In this document: piece after piece, positions 17,226-26,400 of the stretch
Layout of the letters: every line of letters begins with the position of its first letter
Position numbering within the stretch: the stretch's first letter is position 1
DNA from: a virus
Direction: 5' to 3' (one strand)
Length of the DNA: 60,404 nt
IMG/VR virus record: IMGVR_UViG_3300032144_000011
Location: 1 to 60,404 of that record
The notes under the pieces: generated by a model
Seen by the model: the letters and a program-made list of their open reading frames with translations, nothing else
What the model was told of the DNA's origin: nothing
The model's database searches: none
Made by a program: the position numbers and the translations under genes

Positions 17226-17495
17226 ATGCTAATCACACGCGAGAGTGATGAACACAAGGGGAAACATGTATTTACGCTGGAATTTTCCGATCAGGATTTA
17301 AAAGAAGCCAAATTCACCGAATGGGAGATTCGCATGTTGCGTTTGCTGGTAGATCAGCAGGCGAAGGAGTTGACGGTCGAGGGCACGCTGATGATTCTCC
17401 AGATGTATGCCAGTGCCATCACCCGCGGGCGGGCGGCGACGATCTACGCCTGCGCCGATAACTGGCCGCTGACCGAGCCGCCCCATGCCCGCTGA
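17226..17495 (+). CDS. Hypothetical protein (89 aa), AT-richer moron-like gene
   Basis: Track ORF with ordinary composition (MLITRESDEHKGKHVFTLEFSDQDLKEAKFTEWEIRMLRLL...). Confidence 0.55.
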   Translation: MLITRESDEHKGKHVFTLEFSDQDLKEAKFTEWEIRMLRLLVDQQAKELTVEGTLMILQMYASAITRGRAATIYACADNWPLTEPPHAR

Positions 17496-18132
17496 CATGG
17501 ACCCCTACCGCATCCTCGGCCTCGGCCGGACGGCCGGCGCGGCGGACATCAAGGCCGCGTACCGCCGGCTGTCGAAGTCCGCGCATCCCGACACGGGCGG
17601 CGACCGCGCGGCCTTCGAGCGGCTGCGCGCCGCCTACGACGTGCTGCGCGACCCCGAGGCGCGGGCGCATTACGACGCCACCGGCGAGATCCGCGCCAAG
17701 GGCCCCGACAACGCGCACGCGCAGGCCATGTCCTGCCTCGCGGCCTCGTTCGACGCGGTCCTCGCGGCCGTCGTGAAGAACGGCCAGGACCCGGCCAAGA
17801 CCGACATGATCGGCGAGATCCACCGGCACCTGGAGGCGGGCATCCATCACCGCGCGCGCGAGCGCGAGCGCTTGGCCGCGAACCGCCCGGGCTGGGAAGA
17901 CATGCGCAACCGCTTCACGGTCGAGGACGGCAAGCCGAACAGCCTCGCCGCCATCGTCACCGCGAAACTGGCCCAGATCGACCAGATGGAGGCGCGGTTC
18001 GCCGAGGGCGACCGCCTCGCCCGGGCCGCGCTCGAGCTGCTGGCCGGGCACCGCTACCTCTACGACAGCGACGTGATGACGTGGGGGAACAATATCCGCT
18101 TCGCGACAAGCTCGACCGCTTGGGGAGGATGA
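17485..18132 (+). CDS. J-domain (DnaJ-like) protein
   Basis: Track ORF. DPYRILGLGRTAGAADIKAAYRRLSKSAHPDTGGDRAAFERLRAAYDVLRDPEARAHYDATG contains the HPD tripeptide and J-domain helices. No Zn-finger or DnaJ C-terminal domain. Confidence 0.85.
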   Translation: MPADMDPYRILGLGRTAGAADIKAAYRRLSKSAHPDTGGDRAAFERLRAAYDVLRDPEARAHYDATGEIRAKGPDNAHAQAMSCLAASFDAVLAAVVKNGQDPAKTDMIGEIHRHLEAGIHHRARERERLAANRPGWEDMRNRFTVEDGKPNSLAAIVTAKLAQIDQMEARFAEGDRLARAALELLAGHRYLYDSDVMTWGNNIRFATSSTAWGG

Positions 18133-18389
18133 GCATGTCCGCTGACGCTGAGGCGTTGAACCTCTATATCGCCGTAGGCGACATCAAGAGCTGGATCGGC
18201 GATTCGGTCCGCGAAACGCAGTTCCGGATCATCCGCGCGGCGAGCGAGTGGGAGGCTTACCGGCTGATCGAACGCAACCGCGACGATGATTTTTTGCCGT
18301 GGGAAAATGTTCGGCTCGCTAGGCTCGACCCGAAGGGCCCGGTCGGTTTTGTAGAGGTCTTCGAGGAGGCTACGATCCATGCCCGCTGA
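18129..18389 (+). CDS. Hypothetical protein (86 aa)
   Basis: Track ORF 18081..18389 trimmed to ATG 18129 (ATGA overlap with the J-domain gene). Confidence 0.55.
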   Translation: MSMSADAEALNLYIAVGDIKSWIGDSVRETQFRIIRAASEWEAYRLIERNRDDDFLPWENVRLARLDPKGPVGFVEVFEEATIHAR

Positions 18390-18582
18390 GGATGAAAATC
18401 CGATTGACCGTTCCGACGCTGCCGATGCGCGGCGGTTCCGCTGGTTATTGGACGGCAACGGATACTACATGGAAGAGAACTTTCTCTGCGGCCATCCCCC
18501 GACCGATAAGTCGGAAAGAGATGATGCGCGCCGGAGAATCGATGCCGATATGATGGAAGACTGGGTTGAACCGAAGGACTGA
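18379..18582 (+). CDS. Hypothetical protein (67 aa)
   Basis: Track ORF. Overlaps the upstream gene end. Acidic small protein. Confidence 0.5.
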   Translation: MPAEDENPIDRSDAADARRFRWLLDGNGYYMEENFLCGHPPTDKSERDDARRRIDADMMEDWVEPKD

Positions 18583-18584
18583 CC

Positions 18585-19802
18585 ATGCCCGCTGACCACA
18601 TCACGTCCCGCTTCGTCGACGGACTCGCGCCCCGGGACAAGGAATACTGCGCCTGGGACGGCGCGCTGCGCGGCTTCCATGTGCGGGTATCGCCATCCGG
18701 CCGCAAGGTCTACGCGCTGCGCTTCCGGGCGCCGTCGGGCGTGCAGCGGCGCAAGAACATCGGCGACGCCGCAGTCACCAACGCCACCAAGGCGCGCGAG
18801 CGGGCGCGGGCGATGCTGGACGCGGTCGCCGGCGGCAAGGACCCGGTCGCCGCCCAGCGCCAGGCGCGCGCCCAGGCGCAGGCGGCGGGGACCTACAAGG
18901 ACGTGGTCGAGGACTTCATCGTCAAGTGGAGCGAGCCGCGCCAGCGCACCGCCGCCGAGACCAAGCGCGTGCTGCTGAAATCCGGCGCTTCCTGGCTCAA
19001 GCGGCCCTTCGCCGACATCACCGAGGCCGACGGCTACGCCGTGCTCGACGCCATCCTGGCCGAGGGCAAGCACGCCAAGGCGCGGGTCACGCTGACCTAC
19101 ATGCGCCAGCTCTGGCGCTGGGCGCACAAGCGCGGGCTCTGCGCCGCGCCCGTCATGGACCGGGTCGAGGTCGAGATCGAGCGCCGGGTCAAGGTCCGCC
19201 GCTACGACGACAAAGAAGTCCGCGCCGCCTGGGCGGTCGCCGAGACGCTGCCGGCGATCGAGGGCGCCTACATCAAACTCTGCATCCTGCTGGGGCCGCG
19301 CAAGAACGAGCTGGCGCAGGCCGAGCGCGCCGAGCTCGACGACCCGGCCAAGCCGACGCTCTGGACCGTGCCCTTCGAGCGCACCAAGTCGAAGAAGAAG
19401 GCCAAGCGCGAGCGCGTCTACCTAGTGCCCCTGCCGCCGCTGGCACAGCGCATCCTGCGCGGCCTGCCGGCGCGCATCGACGCGCCCGAGCTGCTGTTCC
19501 CCGGCTACCGCGCGAAACAGCCGCTCGACCCCGGCACCTGGCTGGCCAATAAGATCCGCGCCGCCAGCGGCATCGAGGACTGGACCTACCACACCTGCCG
19601 CGACACCATCGCGTCGTGGCTGCAGGACCAGGGCTACGACGAATACAGCCGCGGGCTGGTGCTGAACCATTCCGGCCCCGGCACGGTCACCGCCGACTAC
19701 AGCCACGGCTACGCGCTCGAGCTGAAGCGCAAGATGCTCGAGGAATGGGCCGCGCATGTGGCGGCCGTGGTCCGGGCGAAGGGGGTCGAGGTGCTGCGGT
19801 GA
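18585..19802 (+). CDS. int: Tyrosine integrase (DUF4102-type N-terminal arm-binding domain)
   Basis: Track ORF of 405 aa. N-terminus FVDGLAPRDKEYCAWDGALRGFHVRVSPSGRKVYALRFR. C-terminus HTCRDTIASWL...LNHSG...ADYSHGY gives the catalytic R-H-R-Y context. Confidence 0.9.
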   Translation: MPADHITSRFVDGLAPRDKEYCAWDGALRGFHVRVSPSGRKVYALRFRAPSGVQRRKNIGDAAVTNATKARERARAMLDAVAGGKDPVAAQRQARAQAQAAGTYKDVVEDFIVKWSEPRQRTAAETKRVLLKSGASWLKRPFADITEADGYAVLDAILAEGKHAKARVTLTYMRQLWRWAHKRGLCAAPVMDRVEVEIERRVKVRRYDDKEVRAAWAVAETLPAIEGAYIKLCILLGPRKNELAQAERAELDDPAKPTLWTVPFERTKSKKKAKRERVYLVPLPPLAQRILRGLPARIDAPELLFPGYRAKQPLDPGTWLANKIRAASGIEDWTYHTCRDTIASWLQDQGYDEYSRGLVLNHSGPGTVTADYSHGYALELKRKMLEEWAAHVAAVVRAKGVEVLR

Positions 19803-20113
19803 GCGTCGTCAGCGGCGTCACTCTAATTTTCAGCCTCGGCGAAGACGACGACGCGCTCTGCGGCGCGATCAACTGGTGGCTTGACGATCACGGCTTCGGG
19901 CCGCTCAAGCCGCTCGACGATCACTATGGGGGCTCGAAGCACCCGCAGATCAACGCTCTCGGCGGCGGCTACAATGCCTTCCTCGAGGACGAGTTCGCGC
20001 AATTCATCATGAGCCGCGAATGGCGGGCCCCGGAGAATGTCGTACTGGTGATCCAGCCAGAAGAAGGACCGACACGGGTCTTCGCGGGCAAGGGCGTGGA
20101 GGTGCTGCGGTGA
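19799..20113 (+). CDS. Hypothetical protein (104 aa, GTG start) bracketed by a ~28-bp direct repeat
   Basis: Tail of track ORF 19616..20113. GTGA overlap with the int stop. Ends ...KGVEVLR, the same as the integrase C-terminus. Confidence 0.5.
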   Translation: MSVVSGVTLIFSLGEDDDALCGAINWWLDDHGFGPLKPLDDHYGGSKHPQINALGGGYNAFLEDEFAQFIMSREWRAPENVVLVIQPEEGPTRVFAGKGVEVLR

Positions 20114-20307
20114 GCGGACAATATACCGCCGGCCGGCTTCAGGTTATCCGATATGACCCGCGCGACGGCGATCGGATCATCCTGCGCCAAACGCATCACA
20201 ACGGTTCTGACGAGGTTGTTGGCGAAGTCACGTTGCACTGCGACGAGATCGAGGATGCGCTTTACGTGCTGAGCCGAGCGAAGGCGGACAGGGATAAGAA
20301 GCGATAA
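20110..20307 (+). CDS. Hypothetical protein (65 aa, GTG start)
   Basis: Tail of track ORF 20020..20307. GTGA overlap with the upstream stop. Confidence 0.45.
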   Translation: MSGQYTAGRLQVIRYDPRDGDRIILRQTHHNGSDEVVGEVTLHCDEIEDALYVLSRAKADRDKKR

Positions 20308-20332
20308 GCATCCCCCGCCGCATTCTCCGCAA

Positions 20333-20363
20333 TAAAAAAGGGCCGCCCCGTGAGGAGCGGCCC
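20333..20363 (-). terminator. Rho-independent terminator at the convergence of the + and - operons
   Basis: GGGCCGC-cccgtgagga-GCGGCCC hairpin (20340-20363), followed on the minus strand by TTTTTTATT. A second palindrome GTTGACTT/AAGTCAAC lies at 20375-20392. Confidence 0.7.
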
Positions 20364-20408
20364 TAAGTGTCCGGGTTGACTTTTAAGTCAACCGCCGGAC
20401 GACGGCAA

Positions 20409-20702
20409 TTACTGAACGCCGCTCGCCCGGATCGCCTTCCGGAGCGTGCCATAGTCGTCGACCAGCCGCGGCAGCACCAGCGCCGGGCAGCGCTCGCGCA
20501 CGAGCGCGCAGGCGCCATCCGGCGGTACGGCCGGGCACATTCCCTTGAGCTCGGCGCAGGCCTTGGCCTGCTCCTCCGCGCTGTACTCGACCAGCGGCGG
20601 CAGGGTCGAGGTATCGATCGGGGCGCAGCTAGAAATTGCCGGCAGCGAGATCAGCAGCGCCGCCGCCAGGCTTCGTGTTCGCGAAGACGACAAGCTGGGC
20701 AT
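20409..20702 (-). CDS. o-spanin (Rz1-like outer-membrane lipoprotein)
   Basis: Track ORF of 97 aa. Signal peptide with lipobox LPAISSC. Overlaps the i-spanin 3' end out of frame. Confidence 0.7.
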   Translation of the reverse strand: MPSLSSSRTRSLAAALLISLPAISSCAPIDTSTLPPLVEYSAEEQAKACAELKGMCPAVPPDGACALVRERCPALVLPRLVDDYGTLRKAIRASGVQ

Positions 20703-20838
20703 CCTTCTGCTTGATGGTGGCGCGGAGGTTGACGTTCTCCGAGCGCAGCGCCCCGTTGGTGCGGGCCTGCCGCCAGTTGACGTAGAGCGACAGGCCCAGC
20801 ACCGAGACCAAGGCGACGACCAGGTAGACGCTGATCAT
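20629..20838 (-). CDS. i-spanin (Rz-like, N-terminal TM)
   Basis: Tail of track ORF 20629..21507 from ATG 20836-20838 (MISVYLVVALVSVLGLSLYVNW, then a coiled-coil-like segment). ATGA overlap with the upstream gene. Confidence 0.65.
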   Translation of the reverse strand: MISVYLVVALVSVLGLSLYVNWRQARTNGALRSENVNLRATIKQKDAQLVVFANTKPGGGAADLAAGNF

Positions 20839-21455
20839 GCCGGCTGCGCTATCGGGATGCCGCCGACGCTCGGCGCCGCCGCCGGAGCCACGGCAGCCGG
20901 CTGAACCGGCGCCGTAAGCGGGGGCCCGGCGGCGACCGCGGCGATGGCATCGATGCCGAGCAGCTGGGCGAGCTGCGCCTTGATGCGGGTCTCGATGTAC
21001 TGCCCGCCGCCGTTCTTCTCGACCAGGTCGCCGGAGAGCTTGGTGGCGTAGTTCAAGGCCGTGGCCACGATCGCGTTGCGCACGTCGATGTCGGTCAGCT
21101 TGCGGCTGTCGACCATGCTGGCCACCTCCATCGCGCCCCAATGCACGGCGCGGTCGAGCATGGCATCCAAGCTGGCCTTGTTCTGCTCGCTGAGATTGAC
21201 GCCGATCAGCGCCGGCCCCTTGCGGGCGGCCCAGCTGGCGAGGATGAGGACCACCCCCGTGATGGCGGGCAGGATGACGTCTTTGAACAGGCCGCCGAAG
21301 GAGACGACCGTCGATGGCTCGGCCGCCGGGGCCGGGATAGCCTGCGCCCAGGCGAGATTTATGCCGGAGCCGAGGGCCATGCCAAGCAGCGTGGCGGCGA
21401 GGATCGCCAGCGCCAGCGGCGACGCCGCCGCCAGCCTCAGAATGAAGCGTTTCAT
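20835..21455 (-). CDS. Membrane protein of the lysis cassette, putative holin (LL-H-like?)
   Basis: Track ORF 20835..21509 trimmed to ATG 21453-21455. N-terminal hydrophobic leader plus TM VILPAITGVVLILASWAA. Located between endolysin and spanins. Confidence 0.55.
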   Translation of the reverse strand: MKRFILRLAAASPLALAILAATLLGMALGSGINLAWAQAIPAPAAEPSTVVSFGGLFKDVILPAITGVVLILASWAARKGPALIGVNLSEQNKASLDAMLDRAVHWGAMEVASMVDSRKLTDIDVRNAIVATALNYATKLSGDLVEKNGGGQYIETRIKAQLAQLLGIDAIAAVAAGPPLTAPVQPAAVAPAAAPSVGGIPIAQPA

Positions 21456-21546
21456 GGAAGTACCTTTGCGGTTGTGGGAAAGGGGCCGTGTTAATTTTTC
21501 CGACCACAAATGTGGTCGCTAAAAGTGAAGTACAGGTGGCGGCCGA

Positions 21547-21987
21547 TCAGCCGCTCAGGCCGACGTCATAGAACCGATGGACCCCGACGATGGCTGTCGG
21601 CTGTCTCCCTGCCGCCCACTTCGGCTCCGGCGTGCCCGTCTTGAAATAGTGCGTCGCGCCGCCCGTGGGGTTGGGCGCGCGGCCGGTCAGCACGGCCAGC
21701 GCCGCCGCCCGGCATTCGAGGTACACCGGCGCCGTCGGCGGCAGGAGGATCAGGTAGCGGACATTGGGGTCGTTCGCATTGAGGCACGAGAACTGATACG
21801 GATCCGCGCAGACCGCCGCGATCGTGTCGTCCGGGATATCGTCCCGGTTGCGCGACCACCAGCCGGGATTGTTGAAACGCTTCATGATGACGTGGCCGAC
21901 GGCGATCTTGCCGTCCCAGTCCTCGCCCCTGGCCTCGCCGGCGATCGTCAAGGTCATCAGGTGCAGGTCGTACTCGGATAGGGTCAT
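21547..21987 (-). CDS. Endolysin, SleB-like cell-wall hydrolase (Hydrolase_2)
   Basis: Track ORF of 146 aa. LMTLTIAGEARGE...GKIAVGHVIMKRF...PYQFSC...GATHYF matches the cell-wall hydrolase SleB pattern. Confidence 0.85.
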   Translation of the reverse strand: MTLSEYDLHLMTLTIAGEARGEDWDGKIAVGHVIMKRFNNPGWWSRNRDDIPDDTIAAVCADPYQFSCLNANDPNVRYLILLPPTAPVYLECRAAALAVLTGRAPNPTGGATHYFKTGTPEPKWAAGRQPTAIVGVHRFYDVGLSG

Positions 21988-21994
21988 GGTCTCC

Positions 21995-22099
21995 TCACGG
22001 GGTAAGCAGGGCTGCGCCGCCGCCCAGCGCCAGGACGGCCCAGACCGCGAGCGTGGCGACCAGCGCCGCCGCCAGGCCGTACAGCACTGCGGCGCGCAT
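21995..22099 (-). CDS. Possible 34-aa single-TM protein (holin/antiholin-like candidate)
   Basis: Not in track. Read from sequence: MRAAVLYGLAAALVATLAVWAVLALGGGAALLTP. The ATG overlaps the upstream TGA. Its 3' end carries the endolysin RBS. Confidence 0.35.
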   Translation of the reverse strand: MRAAVLYGLAAALVATLAVWAVLALGGGAALLTP

Positions 22100-22509
22100 C
22101 AGCGGTGCTCCTGGAATGTCCGGAATCGGGTCTGGCGCTTGATGATCTGCGCCTCCTTATCCTTGGACTCGTCGATCAGCCGCTTCATGACCGGGATCTC
22201 GAGCCACTGTTCGGGCGTGTTCTTGCCGGCCTTGCCGTTCTCCTCGAGAAATTTGAGCCGGTTCTCCAAGCTGAGGGTCTTGGTCTGCTGGTCGGCCAGC
22301 GACAGCGGGTAGAGGTCGTTCGCGACGCCGTTCGCGAACTCTGCGATCTCGCTGCGCGTCGCCCAGGGGCGGACGCTGTCCCAGTGGGCGCCGGCGGTCA
22401 CGATCGCCGTGCCGGTCGCCGCGACGACCGTGACGAACAACAGGATGCGCTTGAGGCAGCGCTCCACCCAGGCGCCGAAGGCCGCCCGCAGCCCGCTCAG
22501 GTCGCTCAT
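22099..22509 (-). CDS. Membrane-anchored hypothetical protein (136 aa)
   Basis: Track ORF. TM ILLFVTVVAATGTAIVTAGA. First gene after the fibre gene, heading the lysis cassette. Confidence 0.65.
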   Translation of the reverse strand: MSDLSGLRAAFGAWVERCLKRILLFVTVVAATGTAIVTAGAHWDSVRPWATRSEIAEFANGVANDLYPLSLADQQTKTLSLENRLKFLEENGKAGKNTPEQWLEIPVMKRLIDESKDKEAQIIKRQTRFRTFQEHR

Positions 22510-22656
22510 GGCTTAGCGCCTCCGCACCGAAGCCGAACCCGGCCCGACAGTGTTAACCTTTGCACAGCCGGTCATCCTTTCTGGATCAAAGGGTGGTCGG
22601 TCAGGCTCGCCGGGGTGCATCACCACGCCGGCGGGCCGCTCGGGGCCGGCCGACGG

Positions 22657-23469
22657 CTAGCCTGCGATCTCCGTGATCGTCATCCGGCAGGCCGCGACGC
22701 CGCCAAACCGGCGATTCCCGCCGGCGCCGTTCCAGGTCAGCGTGCCGGCCGAATTGCTGCCGACGCGCACCTTGAACGTGGTGAGGGATGTCGTCCCGGC
22801 CGTCATGTAGTGCCGCATGACCGTGTGGAGCTGATCGTTCACGCCGGCCGCCTTGTCGGCGATGGCGTAGAGCGCATTGGCAATCGAGTCTTGGTGCAGC
22901 GCGAAGACCAGGGTCGCGTCGGCGTCGTAGGCCACCATGAGCGACGCCTCGATCAGCAGCTTGCTCGTGGCGCTGATCGGCGTGATCGCGCAGGTGATGA
23001 CCTCGTTGCCTTCGGTGTTCTGGGGGATCGTGTCGTCGACCGGCGTGGTCGTGCTGCCGGTGCCCTGCGTGATAACCTGGGCGTGCGCCACCTGCAGCAC
23101 CGCGCCCTGCGACAGCCCGGTGAGCTGCGATCCGTCGACCGGCGGCAGGGTCGGCGTCGCCGCCGTGTCGCCGAGGCTCTCGAGCCGGACGAGGTCGCCG
23201 ACCTCCTCGCCGACGGTCATCGCCGCGCCTTCCGAGTACGGCACCCACACGTTGCCGACCTTCGACGCCACCGTGACCCAGGCGTCGTTGGCGGCGTTGC
23301 GCTGCTTCAGTAGGTTGTTCGCGGTGTCGAACCACCACATATGCGCAAAGGTCGTGCCGGGCGCCGACGCGCCGGAATTCTGCGAGACCAGCGCGGCGAG
23401 CGCGTTGTTGAGGTCGGCGCGCACGGCGGCGCCGTTGCCGTTGTCCAGGGTGAAGTCGTGCTGGGCCAA
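22657..23469 (-). CDS. Tail fibre protein
   Basis: Track ORF of 270 aa. N-terminus MAQHDFTLDNGNGAAVRADLNNALAALVSQNSGASAPGTTFAHMWWFDT is a conserved fibre N-terminal motif in alphaproteobacterial phages and GTAs (recollection). Confidence 0.7.
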   Translation of the reverse strand: MAQHDFTLDNGNGAAVRADLNNALAALVSQNSGASAPGTTFAHMWWFDTANNLLKQRNAANDAWVTVASKVGNVWVPYSEGAAMTVGEEVGDLVRLESLGDTAATPTLPPVDGSQLTGLSQGAVLQVAHAQVITQGTGSTTTPVDDTIPQNTEGNEVITCAITPISATSKLLIEASLMVAYDADATLVFALHQDSIANALYAIADKAAGVNDQLHTVMRHYMTAGTTSLTTFKVRVGSNSAGTLTWNGAGGNRRFGGVAACRMTITEIAG

Positions 23470-23481
23470 TGCTGATCTCCC

Positions 23482-26400
23482 CTAAGCCGCGAGCCGGTCC
23501 ACGACGACGGACAGCTCGGAGACGTTGATGTTGAAGGCGGGGTCGACGGTCGCGAGGCGCGCCTCGAACTCGAAGCCGCGCGCCTCGAACTCGGCGGAAT
23601 CGAGCCGCTGCCAGTCGGACCAGGCGGGCGCCGTGGCGGCCGGATCGTCATCGGTATGGCGGACCCAGACCTGGCAGTCGGCGGCGCCCTGCACCGTGCC
23701 GTCGAAGTCCTCCCAGCTGTCCATCGGCGTGCCGCGGTCGTCGATCAGGTCGAGCTCGTTGACCGAGATCGCCTCGATATGCGAGGTCAGCCGGACGCGC
23801 TGCGTGTCGCTTTCGGTGGTCGCCAGGTCGAGCCCGGCGGCGAAGCCGTAGACCCCGGCCGAGGCGATGCCGCCCAGGCTGTCGAGGTTCTCGATGGCAT
23901 CGAAATCGGCCACGTCGTCGAGCAGCCCCTGCCCGGCCAGCTTCAAAACCCCGCCGTCCTCGACGGTGCCGTCATGCGCGCCGGCGAAGGCCGGGTCCTC
24001 GGTCACCGTGTCGACGTTGGCGAATTCCAGCACCGAGGCCTGGATCGTCGTCACCGCGGCGATCTCGGCCGAGGGGTTGCCGGCGGAATCGAAGGTGCGC
24101 GCCAGATAGGTGCCGGGCTTGAGCGGCAGGACGGCGACCAGCGCCGTCGAATTGGCCGCGTTGCCGATGCTGGTGCTCTCCGCCCAGGCCGCGCCGGTGA
24201 AGACCGGCGAGTGGCGGAAGCGGATGGTGCCGCCGAAGCGCACGTCGATGTCCGACGGCGGATCCCAGCGCAGCAGCGCCGAGCCGCCGAAGACCGAGAT
24301 GGTGAGCCCCTGCGGCGCCGCCGGCGGGCTGCCCTTGCCGACCACCAGGTGGCCGGCGATGGTCGCCCAGGGCCCCGGCAGCCGGTCCTGCACGCGCCAG
24401 CGCAGGCGGATGTCGATCGTCTCGCCTTCCGTCACGCCGACCAGGGTTGCGCCGTTGAGCCGCCGCGTGGTGACCTCGGCGTCGCGGTAGGGCTCGGCGC
24501 TCGCCGACGGCCGGGACTGCACGTCGAGCACCGCGCCGACCTGGACGAATTTCAGGGCCAGCGGCTGGATGTCGATCTCGACCCGGACCTCGAGCGTGGC
24601 GCCGACCTTGACCAGCGCGCTTTCGTCGGAGCGCACCCGCAGCACGACCGGGGCCGGCACCGTCTCCAGCGCCGTGAGCCCGGTGTCGAAGGGCGGGATC
24701 GTGCCGGTATCGGCGGTGTAGACGCCCGCCTGGTAGGGCACCAGCAGCAGCCGCGCCTTGAAATCGGCCTGCGGCTCGATCGCCAGCACCAGCGCGTCGA
24801 CCGTCTCCGCGCCCAGTTCCCCGAAGCCGAACAGGTCGCCGATGTCGGGGGCCTGCGCGGCCGGGATCGAGGCGGTGAAGAACACCTCCGTCTGCTCGCC
24901 CGGGTCGGCGGCCAGCGCCGCCAGCAGCGCCGGGTTGCCGGGCGTGCGGATGCTGAGGCCGTAGTCGGTGCCGGCCTCCATGGTCAGCACCTCGTCGACC
25001 GTGACGCCGGCGACGTCGCCGTTGGTGTCCTCATGCACCTGGACGATGCGGCCCTGCGCCAGCCCCACCAGCAGCACGTCGTGCGTCACTTTCACCAGGC
25101 TGCCGCGGCGGCAGACGATGTGCTCGATGTCGGCGAACAGCGTCCAGCGCTCCGGCCGCAGCCGCGCCTGGGCGATGTGGAAGCGGGCGTGCTTCCAGAT
25201 CAGGTCGGGGTCGACCACCCCCGGCAGCTCGAGGCCCTCGAAGCGGGTGGCGTTGGCGTCGGAATAGCCGTCGTCATAGACGATGCGCTCGTCGTTGGCG
25301 TAGCGCTGGTCCTCGTTGACGAAGCGCACCCGCCAGCCGTGCGGCAGGTCGACGAAGGCCTTCTCCGCCGAGAAGCCCCAGGAGTTGCGCGGCGTGAAAT
25401 GCTGCACCGGGTAGGCCTGCGGCCGGTCGATCGCCACCGACCATTTGCCGTCGCGCTGGGTCGGCGAGGCGCGGCCGGCGGCGGCGACATCGGCCAGCGC
25501 GTTCCACACCGAGGATTCGAAGTCGCGCACCATGTCGAAGGTGAAGCCGTTGACCCGGCAGAAGTCGTGGAAGTCCTGCAGCCCGTCCAGGTCGATGCGG
25601 GCGTCGGCCAGGGTCTCGGAAATGCCCGCGCCCTGCAGGATCAGCCGGTAGAGGCTCGCCGGGTTGCGCGTCGGTCCGCTTACCCAGGCCGTGCCGTTCC
25701 AGTCCGGCGCGATCGAGGTCACCACCGCGTTCAGCTCGTCGACCACGTTGTTGAGCTGGTCGGTCGCCTTGATGCGCAGCGCGGTCAGCGCCAGCGGCAC
25801 CGGGCTGTCGATCGGCGCCTCGTTCTTGAACCGCCTGAGCGCCGTCCACCAGGACTCGTCCACGGCATGCGTCTGCGCCGGATCCGGACTGATGCGCCGC
25901 ACCCGCACCTCATATTGCCCGCGCGCCACCGGCCAGCGCAGGCCGTGGCGGATGGCCGCCGTCGAGTTGTGCGTGAAGGTGATGGTCGGCGGCTGCAGCC
26001 ACTCGCGCGGGAAGCTGATCGAGGCGTCGCCCGGCACGTCGGTCCACACCGCCGCGCCGACCAGGCGGTACTGCGCCTGCACCCGCACGTCGGTCGCCGC
26101 GCGCTTGCCGGTGTCCGTGGTGTTGAAGAAGCCGGCCGGGAAGCTGATGTCGATGCCGAGCTCGTCGGCGTCGGCCGCCGCCGTGCGGGCCGTCCAGTCG
26201 TCCGCGCCGAGCAGCCGGATCGACAGGTCGTCCTGTTCGACGTCCTGGGTGTAGAGGGTGAGCGGCGCGTCCGAGGGGTAGCCCTGGCGCGTCTCGATCT
26301 CGACCTCGTCGAAGTCGGCGATCGGCGTCTCGCCGATGCGGATGTCGTCGATCTGAAGCGGGCCGACGCCCCAGCAGACCAGTATGCGCACATACTGCGT

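Noticed and set aside
22510-22656. GC-rich imperfect hairpin after the fibre gene (CGGCCGGCC-ccgagc-GGCCCGCCG on the minus strand) as a terminator.
   Set aside because: There is one stem mismatch and no T-run follows. The downstream lysis genes are on the same strand and probably need read-through.
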